Below, piece after piece: positions 29,241 through 39,069 of a stretch of DNA of 64,000 nucleotides. The stretch is taken from assembly GCA_964384105.1 (NCBI GenBank), contig CAYLJV010000001.1, forward strand, positions 64,001 to 128,000, given 5' to 3'. This DNA is from Candidatus Hadarchaeota archaeon. GTDB taxonomy: Archaea; Hadarchaeota; Hadarchaeia; Hadarchaeales; JAGGTB01. Both the position numbers and the translations under genes were made by a program. The stretch's first letter is position 1. Every line of letters begins with the position of its first letter. The notes beneath the pieces are model-generated. The model saw nothing but the letters and a program-made list of their open reading frames with translations, searched no databases and had not been told where the DNA came from.

Positions 29241-30662
29241 ATGGCTGATATAATGGTTGTTGACGGAGGAGGAAGGGGAAATGCTATTGCCCATTCTTTT
29301 TCTAAGAGTGAAAATGTAGATTGTGTTTATGTTACTCCCGGAAACGCTGGTGTGTTTGAGTACGGCGGAAAGCAGGTCCAACTTGAAAAAGAATCGATGC
29401 AGGAAAGAATCTCGGAAATAATAGATAATGCAAGAGAACTTGATGTTGATCTAGTGGTTCCTGGACCTGAGGGTTGGATTTCTGCGGGTATAGTGGATGA
29501 ATTTAGATCAAGAACGGACATACCTATTGTTGGTCCCACTCGAGATGTCGCTTTCCTGGAAACCAGTAAATGTGATGCGAAAGATTATCTCAAGTCTATT
29601 GGAGTTCCGGTGCCGGAGTACAAAAACTTTGATGACCCGGCGGAAGCAAAGGAGTGGGCCGAGCAGTTTTATCATGATAATCCTGATAAAAATCTTGTTC
29701 CCAAAGCTGACGGAATTGCTGCAGGTAAAGGTGCTTTTGTCTGTGATTCTCTAGATGAGACCATAACTGCGATAGATCAAATTAGTAGTGAAGAATTTAA
29801 TGAGAAGTTCGATAATGCAGGGAGAAGGATAGAAATTGAGGAGAGATTGGATGGCCATGAGTTATCGTTTTTTGTGATAACTGATGGTGAAACAGCTAAG
29901 TTTTTTGGTACCGCCAGAGATTACAAGAGAAGATTCTCAGATCCTGATCATTTTTTCATAGATCGTTACTTCAATGGTATAAATCCTAATACGGGAGGAA
30001 TGGGTTCTTTTTCTCCGGAAGAGCTTGGAGAAGATTTGAAAGATAAAATAATGAATGAAATAGCCAGGCCGACGGTCGAGAATCTTGATGGTGAGTATCA
30101 AGGGATTCTGCATTTCGTCTTAATGGCTATGGAAGAAGATGGTGAATACCAGCCGTATGTTCTTGAGATAAATGCGAGGGACGGAGACCCAGAAGCTCAG
30201 TCTAGACTTCCAAGGTTAAAATCTGACTTGTACGATATATACGAGTCCGTGGTCGAAAAGGATCTTGATAAAGTTGAAATTGAATGGAAGGGTGAGTATT
30301 GTGTAGCGGTTTGTGTGGTTAGCGGCCGTCCTTGGAGTAACGGAAAGCCAGTTGAGGGATATGCAGGTTATCCAGGAGACTACTATAGCAAGCAACCTAT
30401 TTTCCTAAAAGGAAAGCAAAAGGAGAGAGTAGGTAAAGAAGGAATTGGGGAATACATTGATGGTTTTGTTTATCACAACGGCACAGATCTGCATAACGGT
30501 CATTTGAGGACTAGGGGTGGAAGGGTCCTAACTTTTGTGAATAAAGACGAAACTTTGAAGGAGGCAAGAGAAAAGGTATACAGAGATATAGAAGGGGAAG
30601 AAGGATCAGGTATACATTTCAGTTTTATGGATTATAGGAAAGATATTGGTGAGCAGAAGTAG
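29241..30662 (+). CDS. purD: Phosphoribosylamine-glycine ligase
   Basis: GGGRGNA, PGNAG, KADGIAAGKG, PNTGGMG, EINARDGDPE, GGRVL. Confidence 0.93.
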   Translation: MADIMVVDGGGRGNAIAHSFSKSENVDCVYVTPGNAGVFEYGGKQVQLEKESMQERISEIIDNARELDVDLVVPGPEGWISAGIVDEFRSRTDIPIVGPTRDVAFLETSKCDAKDYLKSIGVPVPEYKNFDDPAEAKEWAEQFYHDNPDKNLVPKADGIAAGKGAFVCDSLDETITAIDQISSEEFNEKFDNAGRRIEIEERLDGHELSFFVITDGETAKFFGTARDYKRRFSDPDHFFIDRYFNGINPNTGGMGSFSPEELGEDLKDKIMNEIARPTVENLDGEYQGILHFVLMAMEEDGEYQPYVLEINARDGDPEAQSRLPRLKSDLYDIYESVVEKDLDKVEIEWKGEYCVAVCVVSGRPWSNGKPVEGYAGYPGDYYSKQPIFLKGKQKERVGKEGIGEYIDGFVYHNGTDLHNGHLRTRGGRVLTFVNKDETLKEAREKVYRDIEGEEGSGIHFSFMDYRKDIGEQK

Positions 30663-30664
30663 TT

Positions 30665-31483
30665 CTATTTAAAGTTCTTTTTTAGATGGTTTATCATAGA
30701 CTCAAATACTAATCTTCCATCTCCATATCGAGGTACTTTATCTCTAGCAGTCCAGTCTGGAAGATGAAGGCCATAGTAGGCTCGCTCTGGATGGGGCATC
30801 ATACCAAAAATTTTCCCACTGGGATTGCATATTGCTGCTATGTCGTCTAGAGAGCCGTTGGGATTTTCGGGATAACTGCCATCGGCGTATTCACCGTTCT
30901 CGTTGCAGTACCTAAATACCACTTGATCATTTTCATAAAGCTTTTCTAGCAGTTCTTTTTCCCTATCTTTTCTTAGGATAAATCTTCCTTCTTTATGGCC
31001 TATTGGTATGAAAATCTGTTCTTCTTTTTCTATCTCTTGAGAGAATATACAATTTTCTTTATTCACGTTCTTTAGGTATATCCATCTGCATTCATACCGG
31101 GCGGATTCATTGATTGCTAGAGAGGCTTCAGGAAATTCACTTATGCCTTCGACTCCGGGTAATAACCCGGTTTCTATCAGTACCTGAAATCCGTTACATA
31201 TGCCCATGATAGGTTTTCCGTTTTCGGCAAAGTGATATAATTCCTCTGCGAGCATAGTCTTGATTTTTTGAGCAAATACCGACCCAGCTCTTATGTGGTC
31301 TCCGTAGGAAAATCCACCGGGAATGATTAGTCCGTCGTAGTCGATCAGATTTTTGTCTTCCTTTAGCTGGTTTATCCTTATTATCTCTGATTCCATTCCT
31401 TCAAAGTCATCGATAGTTCTTTTAGTTTCTAGATCACAGTTGGTTCCCCCAACTCTAAGAATACAAATCTTTACGTTATTCAA
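30665..31483 (-). CDS. purQ: FGAM synthase glutaminase subunit
   Basis: GTNCD, PGGFSYGD, GICNGFQ, MMPHPER. Confidence 0.95.
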   Translation of the reverse strand: MNNVKICILRVGGTNCDLETKRTIDDFEGMESEIIRINQLKEDKNLIDYDGLIIPGGFSYGDHIRAGSVFAQKIKTMLAEELYHFAENGKPIMGICNGFQVLIETGLLPGVEGISEFPEASLAINESARYECRWIYLKNVNKENCIFSQEIEKEEQIFIPIGHKEGRFILRKDREKELLEKLYENDQVVFRYCNENGEYADGSYPENPNGSLDDIAAICNPSGKIFGMMPHPERAYYGLHLPDWTARDKVPRYGDGRLVFESMINHLKKNFK

Positions 31484-33851
31484 AATCAGTACCTCCTTTC
31501 CACGCTTTTCTCAAATCGGATAGTTTTGAATTAATCACTTCTTCGCCGTTTAGGCCTTTTATTCGGAGCGAATCTTCACCGTTTACTTTCCCTATTCTTG
31601 AAATAGTGCAGCCTTTCATCAAGTTCTCAAATTCTTCTTTTCTGTTTTCTTTGATTTCCATCAAAAATCTGCCACTTGTTTCTGAGAATAAAATAGAATC
31701 ATTTCTATTCAGGTTGGTCTTAACTTCACTAAGATCTATTTCTACTCCTAGATCTCCTGAAAACGTCATTTCGCTTATTGCTACTCCCATTCCTCCGTCC
31801 GATAGATCATGGCAAGATTTTACGAGTTTTTTATCGATTGCTTTTGGGATCAATTCGATTTCTTTTTTTATTTCATCAGTCCTAACTTTCGGCACATCTT
31901 TTCCTAAATATCCCATAGAACTATAGTATTCTGATCCCCCGAGTTCATCGTGAGTTTCCCCGATTAAGTAAATTGGATTCCCTTCTCTCTTTACTTCCAT
32001 TGAGATTAAGTCTTTTACATCAGGTACAATTCCGATGGCGGTAATCAGTAGTGTTGGAGTAATAGGTCCATATGGGGATTCGTTGTAAAGGCTATCTTTT
32101 CCAGATATAAATGGGGTTTCCAAGGAACTTGCAATGTCATAACATGCTTTACAAGCTCTTACTAGTTTTCCCAGTTGTTCGGGTTTCTCTGGGTTTCCCC
32201 AGGTGAAGTTATCTAATAGAGAAATCCTTCTGCCGCCTACTGCTACGTTGTTTCTAATTGCTTCTTCTATACTGGTTGCAGCCATCCAATATGGATCTAT
32301 TTTTCCGTAATTGGGGGTTATTCCGCTGGATACTACTATTCCTTTTTGAGAGTCCTCGAATGGTTTTAATACCGATGCGTCATTGGGTCCACTGTGCTTT
32401 CCTTGTAGTGGTTTTAGAATAGTGTTTCCCTGTACCTCGTGATCGTATGTTCTGATTACGGATTCTTTGCTCGAGATATTTGGGGAGGATAAGAGTTTCA
32501 ATAGTATTTCCTCTAAATCTTCTGGTTCTCGTAAGGTTGGCTCTTTTAGTCCAGGTTTACTCCAAACCGCTTTTCGTGAGATTTTTGGTGGGTTGAATAG
32601 AAATTCTAAATTGAGATTCATGATTAAGTGATCCCTATAGTTTACTTTGAGTCTACTCCCTTCGGTAAATCGGCCTATTGCAACTGCTTCTACTTCTTCG
32701 CTTTCAAAAATATCGAGAACTTTTTGAAGGTTCTCCTCTTTTACAGTTAGAAACATTCTTTCTTGTGATTCAGATATCCATATTTCCCAGGGTGACATGT
32801 TGGAATGTTTTAGTGGAACCTTTTCAAGTTCGATCTCTGCCCCACAATTTGCCTCTTCCGCAGTTTCTCCTATTGCAGAGGAAAGGCCTCCTCCTCCAAG
32901 ATCGGTAATAGCCGTTCCGAGACCCTTATCTCTTATTCTTATTATTGCTCTTCTCAATTTCTCTTCTTCTATAGGGTTGGCTATCTGTACGGCGGGTCTT
33001 GATTCTTCTTCAGATTCTTCTGTTAGTTCTACAGATGCGAAGGTGACTCCGTGTATACCATCTTTTCCGGTTCTACCTCCTGCCAAAACTGCGATGTTCC
33101 CCGGTTCGGGATTTTTAATGTAAGACTTTTTGGGAATGGTCCCTATACACCCGCAGTATACTGCGATGTTCCCTACGTATCCTTCGTCAAAGCAAATTGC
33201 CCCATTTACAGTTGGGATCCCTATATTATTACCATAATGTCCGATACCGTCAACAACTCCCCTCAATAAAAATTTCGGATGTTTCGTCCCCTGAGGTAAT
33301 TTTTCATCGTCATAGTCAGGTGGGCCGAAGCATAAGACATCTGTGTTTGCTATAGGTCTAGCCCATACTCCAAGAATATCTCTTATAACTCCTCCAATCC
33401 CAGTGGCCGCTCCTCCGAAGGGTTCTATAGCCGATGGATGATTGTGAGTTTCTACCTTTGCGGCTACTGCTCTCTCTTTATCAAATTCTACTATTCCTGC
33501 GTTATCTTCAAAAACTGATATGCACCAGTCCTTTCCCGATTCCTCTGTGGCTTTTTTGATATAATCTCTGAATAGATTTACTTTTTCTCCATCGTAGTGT
33601 ATTTCTCCTTTGAATGTTCTGTGATAACAGTGTTCTGACCAAGTTTGTGCGATAGTATGTAGTTCGACATCTGTAGGAGCTTTACCTCTTTTCGAAAAGT
33701 GTTTTTTGCATTTTTTCATATCCTCGAGGCTTAAAGCTAGTCCAAGGTCTTTACTTATCTTCGAAAGTTGAGAGTTATCGGCTTCGGAAATTTTTATTTC
33801 AAAGAAATCAAAAGGGGCATCCTTTTTGACAAATAGTGAGGGTTTATTCAG
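31476..33851 (-). CDS. purL: FGAM synthase subunit PurL (probable CTG start)
   Basis: WSEHCYH, ETHNHPSAIEPFGGA, DLGGGG, SESQER, ISGKDS, HDLSDGG. Confidence 0.95.
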   Translation of the reverse strand: MNKPSLFVKKDAPFDFFEIKISEADNSQLSKISKDLGLALSLEDMKKCKKHFSKRGKAPTDVELHTIAQTWSEHCYHRTFKGEIHYDGEKVNLFRDYIKKATEESGKDWCISVFEDNAGIVEFDKERAVAAKVETHNHPSAIEPFGGAATGIGGVIRDILGVWARPIANTDVLCFGPPDYDDEKLPQGTKHPKFLLRGVVDGIGHYGNNIGIPTVNGAICFDEGYVGNIAVYCGCIGTIPKKSYIKNPEPGNIAVLAGGRTGKDGIHGVTFASVELTEESEEESRPAVQIANPIEEEKLRRAIIRIRDKGLGTAITDLGGGGLSSAIGETAEEANCGAEIELEKVPLKHSNMSPWEIWISESQERMFLTVKEENLQKVLDIFESEEVEAVAIGRFTEGSRLKVNYRDHLIMNLNLEFLFNPPKISRKAVWSKPGLKEPTLREPEDLEEILLKLLSSPNISSKESVIRTYDHEVQGNTILKPLQGKHSGPNDASVLKPFEDSQKGIVVSSGITPNYGKIDPYWMAATSIEEAIRNNVAVGGRRISLLDNFTWGNPEKPEQLGKLVRACKACYDIASSLETPFISGKDSLYNESPYGPITPTLLITAIGIVPDVKDLISMEVKREGNPIYLIGETHDELGGSEYYSSMGYLGKDVPKVRTDEIKKEIELIPKAIDKKLVKSCHDLSDGGMGVAISEMTFSGDLGVEIDLSEVKTNLNRNDSILFSETSGRFLMEIKENRKEEFENLMKGCTISRIGKVNGEDSLRIKGLNGEEVINSKLSDLRKAWKGGTDFE

Positions 33852-34098
33852 TTTTATCCACCTCAAATTTGTAGTCGTCTTTGACGGGATTTGCTAATAG
33901 TTTTCTGCAGAATTCTTCGGTCTTTTCTTCTGCTATTTCTTTTGTTTCTGCCTCGATTTCTATTTCGTAAACTTTGGCTGTTGATACGCTTTTCACTTTG
34001 TAACCCATATCTTTCAAGGCCTTTTCGGTGGTTATACCTTCAGAGTCCATATATCCTGGTTTTAGTTTCACCTCAACTCTGGCATGGTAAGATTTAAT
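33844..34098 (-). CDS. purS: FGAM synthase subunit PurS (probable ATT start)
   Basis: YHARVEVKLKPGYMDSEG..LLANPV. The conserved first strand lies upstream of the GTG in the ORF track. Confidence 0.9.
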   Translation of the reverse strand: MKSYHARVEVKLKPGYMDSEGITTEKALKDMGYKVKSVSTAKVYEIEIEAETKEIAEEKTEEFCRKLLANPVKDDYKFEVDKTE

Positions 34099-34112
34099 TT
34101 ATACCACCTCCT

Positions 34113-35261
34113 TTAGCTATAAACAAATTTTCCGAACTGGCTATTGATTGTTACTTTGTTTTTTTGGCTGTTCGTCTCGCACCTGCCAATTATCTTTGCC
34201 CCAATATTGAAGCTCTCCGCTATTTCTAGAATCTCTTCTACATAGTTCTTTCTTACTATTATTTCGAAACCGGTGCCCATATTAAAATCCTCGAACATTG
34301 CCCTCCAACTTTCTTTGGAGGATTCTTTAATTAAGTGGAATATAGGATCAGGTTCTATTATATTATTTTTTATGAAGTGGATTTTTTCCCCTATTGCAAG
34401 TGATTTCGTTTGACCACCGCCAGTATTATGGACTATGCCTGTTATGTATGGATGGTGTTCTTTCAAAATCTCTTTTATTATCGGAGCAAATAATCTAGTT
34501 GGCGAAATTATTGCTTCCCCTATTGTCATTCCGAGTTCTTCTGAGTATTCATCGAATTCGAATTCTCCATAGTAACCCCGCCCCGTGCCTTCTATTTCAG
34601 GATACTTCTCTTCGTATTTTTTCTTCATGAGTGAATGTCTGGCTAAAGTAATACCGTTACACATTATTCCACTGTTCTCTTCTTTTTCATAGCTGGCTTT
34701 TCCACCGCTTCTTAGACCCACTATTAAGTCCCCTTCTTCAATTTTTTCCCCAGTAATCACTTCGGAGAGTTTGATTCTACCATATATAGTTCCTGAAACG
34801 TCCAGTGTCTCTAGCTGGTCAGGTAAGTCGGCGGTTTCGCCTCCTAGGAAAGAGATCTTGATACCTTGATCTTTCAGGCAGTCTAAAGCTTTTTTAAATC
34901 CGGAATTCAAAGCGGCTAGGGATTTCTTTTTCGGTATTTTTTTCTTATTTAGAGCTATGTAATCTACGAAGGCTATCGGACGGGCACCTATACTAATCAG
35001 GTCATCGACGTTCATTGCTAAAACATCTTGTCCAATACTTTCGAAATACTTTTCTTTCCCTGTTTCTTTCCAATGCAGATAATTTTGTACGGGTTTACTT
35101 CCTGCCCCATCAGTATGTAGGACTATTCCTTCCTTTTCATTGTCGGGGTCTTGTCCTACTGTACAAAATGCATTTGGGAAGAGGTTATCGAGGGATGATT
35201 TGAATACTTCTATTCCTTCTTTTTTTGCATCAACACCCACTTCCTCATATTTTGTGTTCAT
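34113..35261 (-). CDS. purM: AIR synthetase
   Basis: YEEVGVD, HTDGAGSK, MNVDD, GGETAD, HNTGGG, FNMGTG. Confidence 0.92.
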   Translation of the reverse strand: MNTKYEEVGVDAKKEGIEVFKSSLDNLFPNAFCTVGQDPDNEKEGIVLHTDGAGSKPVQNYLHWKETGKEKYFESIGQDVLAMNVDDLISIGARPIAFVDYIALNKKKIPKKKSLAALNSGFKKALDCLKDQGIKISFLGGETADLPDQLETLDVSGTIYGRIKLSEVITGEKIEEGDLIVGLRSGGKASYEKEENSGIMCNGITLARHSLMKKKYEEKYPEIEGTGRGYYGEFEFDEYSEELGMTIGEAIISPTRLFAPIIKEILKEHHPYITGIVHNTGGGQTKSLAIGEKIHFIKNNIIEPDPIFHLIKESSKESWRAMFEDFNMGTGFEIIVRKNYVEEILEIAESFNIGAKIIGRCETNSQKNKVTINSQFGKFVYS

Positions 35262-35967
35262 TCCATACCTCCTCGAAAAATTTGTCTATTTCCCAGCTTT
35301 TTCTTTGTCTTTTTATGAAATCCGATTGTCTTTTTCTCCATTTTTCTTCCCATCGGTCTTTATAATCTATTTTTACTTTTCCGTCTTCTACCTCAAGTCT
35401 TTCGTCTACGTGTAGCTGTATAGCTTTTGAGTACAATCTATGTTCAAAGATTAGTATACGTTTGGAAAGAGTCTCTTGTGTGTCATCTTCTTTAACTGGT
35501 ACAGGATGTTGGAGTATAATAGGCCCAGCGTCAACTTTCTCGGATGCATAGTGGATGGTACACCCTGTAACTTTTACTCCAAATTCTAATGCCTGTTTCT
35601 GTGCGTTTAGACCTTTGAAGGATGGCAAAATGGAAGGATGAATGTTCATTATTCTTCTTTTGTATTTTCCTATAAGATGAGAGCCTAGTATTCTCATAAA
35701 CCCTGCGAGTATTACAAGATCGACATCTCTATCTTCAAAGATTTCGTCTACTTTTTCCTCAAATTTCTTCTCTTTACTTCCGAATTCCAAAGTTTGATAG
35801 GGTATGCCAAAATTCTCCGAGATTTTTATTGCATTCGCTTCAGGGTTATCGGTGATTAAGACTTCTGATTCTACATTTTGTAGCACATTTAATTCAATAT
35901 GCTCTAGGATCGCTTTGAAGTTGGATCCTCTTCCAGAAGCTAAAAAGCCTAGTTTTCTTTTTGACAA
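35245..35967 (-). CDS. purN: Phosphoribosylglycinamide formyltransferase (folate-dependent)
   Basis: SGRGSN, LAGFMRIL, NIHPSILP, GCTIH, DAGPII. Confidence 0.95.
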   Translation of the reverse strand: MSKRKLGFLASGRGSNFKAILEHIELNVLQNVESEVLITDNPEANAIKISENFGIPYQTLEFGSKEKKFEEKVDEIFEDRDVDLVILAGFMRILGSHLIGKYKRRIMNIHPSILPSFKGLNAQKQALEFGVKVTGCTIHYASEKVDAGPIILQHPVPVKEDDTQETLSKRILIFEHRLYSKAIQLHVDERLEVEDGKVKIDYKDRWEEKWRKRQSDFIKRQRKSWEIDKFFEEVWNEHKI

Positions 35968-36046
35968 TGTATCACATCGGTACTTACAGTTCTATTTTGA
36001 CGAGTGATATGAAAAGTTTTTATCAATTTTAACAAAAGAGGAAGTC

Positions 36047-36649
36047 TCATCTACAGCTCTTATCACGGGTTTTTATGATTCTTTTCTCTGTAATGATTTT
36101 ATGGACTGGAACATCTGTTTCAGTGTGAGGTATTTCCTTCGAAATTTGGAAATCGAAAGCTAGAACGATGAAGTCAGTGTCGTTAGAGGCCTTCCTTAGA
36201 AACCTATCGTAGTATCCCTTTCCGAAACCAAGCCTGTTACCTTCCAAATCAAAACCTAGACCTGGAACGAATATTACTTCTACTTTTTTTATTGGAAACA
36301 GTCTTTTTTTATCTTTTCTTGGTTCTTTTATGCCGAATTTACCTTTTTCTAAATCTTTCTCAAAATTCTTCAATAATGAGAGTTTTAATTCTGAGCCATC
36401 TACGAAAGGAACTAGAATTTTTTTGTCCTTTTTTATCCACGATTTTATCATTTCTTCTGTTTCTACTTCTCCAGCTTTCTTCTTTGCTACATATATCGAT
36501 ATATTTTGTTTTGATTGAAATTCTGGCAGTTCTATTATTTTATCATGTATCTTTCTGCTTTTTCTAAGGACTTCTTCTCGGGTTAGCTTCTTTCTTTTTT
36601 CTTTTAGTTCCTTTCTCTTAGATTCCTTCCTCTTTTTCATCGATTTCAA
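36047..36649 (-). CDS. 5-formyltetrahydrofolate cyclo-ligase
   Basis: GIKEP, VPGLGFD..GNRLGFGKGYYDR, DVPVHKIITE. Start is uncertain (TTG 36649 or GTG 36658). Confidence 0.9.
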   Translation of the reverse strand: MKSMKKRKESKRKELKEKRKKLTREEVLRKSRKIHDKIIELPEFQSKQNISIYVAKKKAGEVETEEMIKSWIKKDKKILVPFVDGSELKLSLLKNFEKDLEKGKFGIKEPRKDKKRLFPIKKVEVIFVPGLGFDLEGNRLGFGKGYYDRFLRKASNDTDFIVLAFDFQISKEIPHTETDVPVHKIITEKRIIKTRDKSCR

Positions 36650-37490
36650 TTTTTTCACCAGATGCGATCATAATGTTCTCTAGTAACATAGTTCTTGTCA
36701 TAGGGCCGACTCCCCCAGGAACGGGTGTTATGTGAGATACCCTATCTTTAATTTTTTCGAATTCAACATCTCCGTAAACCCCTTCTTCTAGGTAATTCAT
36801 ACCCACGTCTATAACTACCGAGTTTTCTGGTATCATATCCTCTGTCACAACAAAATCTGGTCTTCTCCCAACCGCTGTAATAAGAACATCTGCGGATAAG
36901 GTGTGCTTTTTGATATCTTTAGTTTTCGAGTGGCATATAGTTACTGTGGCATCCCTATCAAGCAAAAGTTTGGAAAGAGGCTTCCCGACTAGTCCGCTCC
37001 TATTTATTATCACAGCTTCTTTGCCCTTTAGATCTATATTATAGTATTCTATTAATCGGAGTATTCCTTTTGGTGTACAGGGAGTTAATCCATTTTCTGG
37101 AGCACTCGACCAAAGCTTCCCTATGTTGTATGGGTGGAGACCGTCTACATCCTTTGATGGCAATATTTTCTCAAGTATTTCAAATTGCTCAAGATGTGGT
37201 GGAATTGGAAGTTGAACAATTATTCCGGTTATGTGCTTGCTTTCGTTTAATTTTTTGATAAGTTTCAGAATTTCTTTTTGACTGGTGTCGGAAGGTAAAT
37301 TGTATGCTTCAAATCCGATTCCGACTTCTTTGCAGTCTTTTCTTTTTAATTCGACGTATTTTTTCGAGGTGGGATAGTCACCTATGAGTATCGGGGCTAA
37401 AGTTGGTTCTTTTTCTGAAGAGTCTAACTTTCTCCTGATTCTTTTCCTGATCTTCTCTGCAAGTTTTTTTCCATTTAGTAGAGTAGTCAT
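36618..37490 (-). CDS. folD: Bifunctional methylene-THF dehydrogenase/cyclohydrolase
   Basis: GIIVQLP, KDVDGLHP, PCTPKG, RSGLVGKP, TPVPGGVGPMT. Confidence 0.95.
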   Translation of the reverse strand: MTTLLNGKKLAEKIRKRIRRKLDSSEKEPTLAPILIGDYPTSKKYVELKRKDCKEVGIGFEAYNLPSDTSQKEILKLIKKLNESKHITGIIVQLPIPPHLEQFEILEKILPSKDVDGLHPYNIGKLWSSAPENGLTPCTPKGILRLIEYYNIDLKGKEAVIINRSGLVGKPLSKLLLDRDATVTICHSKTKDIKKHTLSADVLITAVGRRPDFVVTEDMIPENSVVIDVGMNYLEEGVYGDVEFEKIKDRVSHITPVPGGVGPMTRTMLLENIMIASGEKIEIDEKEEGI

Positions 37491-37499
37491 GTTATCGCT

Positions 37500-38966
37500 C
37501 TAAAATTTCAATTCTTCAGCTTCTTTTTCCATATTTTCTTTTTTGGAGAGAATGGGATTAACAACATCATCCAAAAATTTTTCGCAACGTTGTGGTGCGT
37601 TCCCGATGTGTTGCGAGGGGTCTAATAGGTCTTTGATCTCTTCTTCAGAAAGTTCGGATCCTACAATTTCGTCCTCTTTTAAAAGTTTGTACAAAGGATT
37701 TTCTTTGTCTTTCATAACTTCCTTCCAAGCCTTAGACGAAATTTTTCTGAGCCTTTCGTGCATTTCTTGTCTATCTTTTCCCCTTTCTGCTAATTTCATA
37801 AGAATAGCCTCGGTTCCGGAGAATGGGGCATATTTTTTAAGATTTTTTTCCACACCTTCTGGATAGATTTCTAGGTCTTTGATTATATTTTGGTAAAGGT
37901 TCAGACATTCGTCTACTGCTAAGAAACTTTCCGGGATTATTATTCTTCGGTTTGCAGAATCATCTAAAGTTCTTTCTAGAATTGTCTGAGAAGCGTTTTC
38001 CCAAGCTACTCTGGGAAGTGTCATCACATATCGTGTTAGTGAGCACATTCTTTCTGAGGTTATTGGATTTTTTTTGGAAGGCATAGCAGAAGAGCCTACT
38101 TGTGATTCCTTCATTGGTTCTGACATTTCTGCATATAGTGGAGATTGTAGATGCCTAAGATCGAGAGCGAATTTATGTATGCTTTGAGCTATGCTGGATA
38201 AGATTGAGAGTACGAGTCCATCTATTTTTCTGGGGTAAGTTTGTGTAGAGACAGAGAATGAATCAATTCCTAGTTTATCCATCACTTTTTTTTCCATTTC
38301 GGTAGGATCGTTTTTCTCCCCCAGCAGTTTTTGATAGCTGGCGGAAGTTCCAACTGCTCCTTTGATTCCTTTTCCTTTCAGGATTTTTTTGAAAAGGAAT
38401 TCTATCGATTCGATGTCTAATACTAAATCCTGGGCATAGTTTGCGAATCTATAACCAAGCGTCGTGGGTTCTGCAGGTTGTAAGTGGGTCCAACCCATAC
38501 AGGGAACTTCTTTATATTCCTCTATGCGGTTTGAGAGTAGTTTGAGACAATTTATTAACCTAACAAGAATTAATTCCATCCCTTGTTTCATTCTTAAAAT
38601 ATCGGCGTTATCTTCGATGTCCATTGAGGTGGCTCCGAGGTGTATTTTTCCTCCACCTTCAGGACATTGTTCAGCGTATGTTTTTACTTCGGCCATCAGA
38701 TCGTGTCGGATTTCCTTTTCGATTTCATGAGCTCGATCTATGTCAATATTTTCGAATGAAGCCTTTGATTTAAGATCTTCTAACTCCTTTTTCGAAACTA
38801 GTCCGTATTCAGCTTGTGCTTCTGCTAACGCTACCCATATTTTCCTCCAAATAGTTCTGTAATTCACTTCCGAAAATATTTCTCGCATTTCTTGGCTTCC
38901 GTATCTCCACGTAAACGGAGAGAGGAAATCGTTGTAATCGAATTTTTCATTGCTCATTTTAATCAA
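37500..38966 (-). CDS. purB: Adenylosuccinate lyase
   Basis: RHDLMA, IHLGATS, THLQPAEPTT, GSSAMPSKKNP, ERTLDDSANRR. Confidence 0.95.
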   Translation of the reverse strand: MIKMSNEKFDYNDFLSPFTWRYGSQEMREIFSEVNYRTIWRKIWVALAEAQAEYGLVSKKELEDLKSKASFENIDIDRAHEIEKEIRHDLMAEVKTYAEQCPEGGGKIHLGATSMDIEDNADILRMKQGMELILVRLINCLKLLSNRIEEYKEVPCMGWTHLQPAEPTTLGYRFANYAQDLVLDIESIEFLFKKILKGKGIKGAVGTSASYQKLLGEKNDPTEMEKKVMDKLGIDSFSVSTQTYPRKIDGLVLSILSSIAQSIHKFALDLRHLQSPLYAEMSEPMKESQVGSSAMPSKKNPITSERMCSLTRYVMTLPRVAWENASQTILERTLDDSANRRIIIPESFLAVDECLNLYQNIIKDLEIYPEGVEKNLKKYAPFSGTEAILMKLAERGKDRQEMHERLRKISSKAWKEVMKDKENPLYKLLKEDEIVGSELSEEEIKDLLDPSQHIGNAPQRCEKFLDDVVNPILSKKENMEKEAEELKF

Positions 38967-39069
38967 TTCTTTAAGTTTTCAGAATATTTGTGACCAATAA
39001 ACTGAGTATTATCTAAACCTAAATGCATTTTGGCGTTTTCCGGTTCTCTAATAGTTATCACCTTAATTT

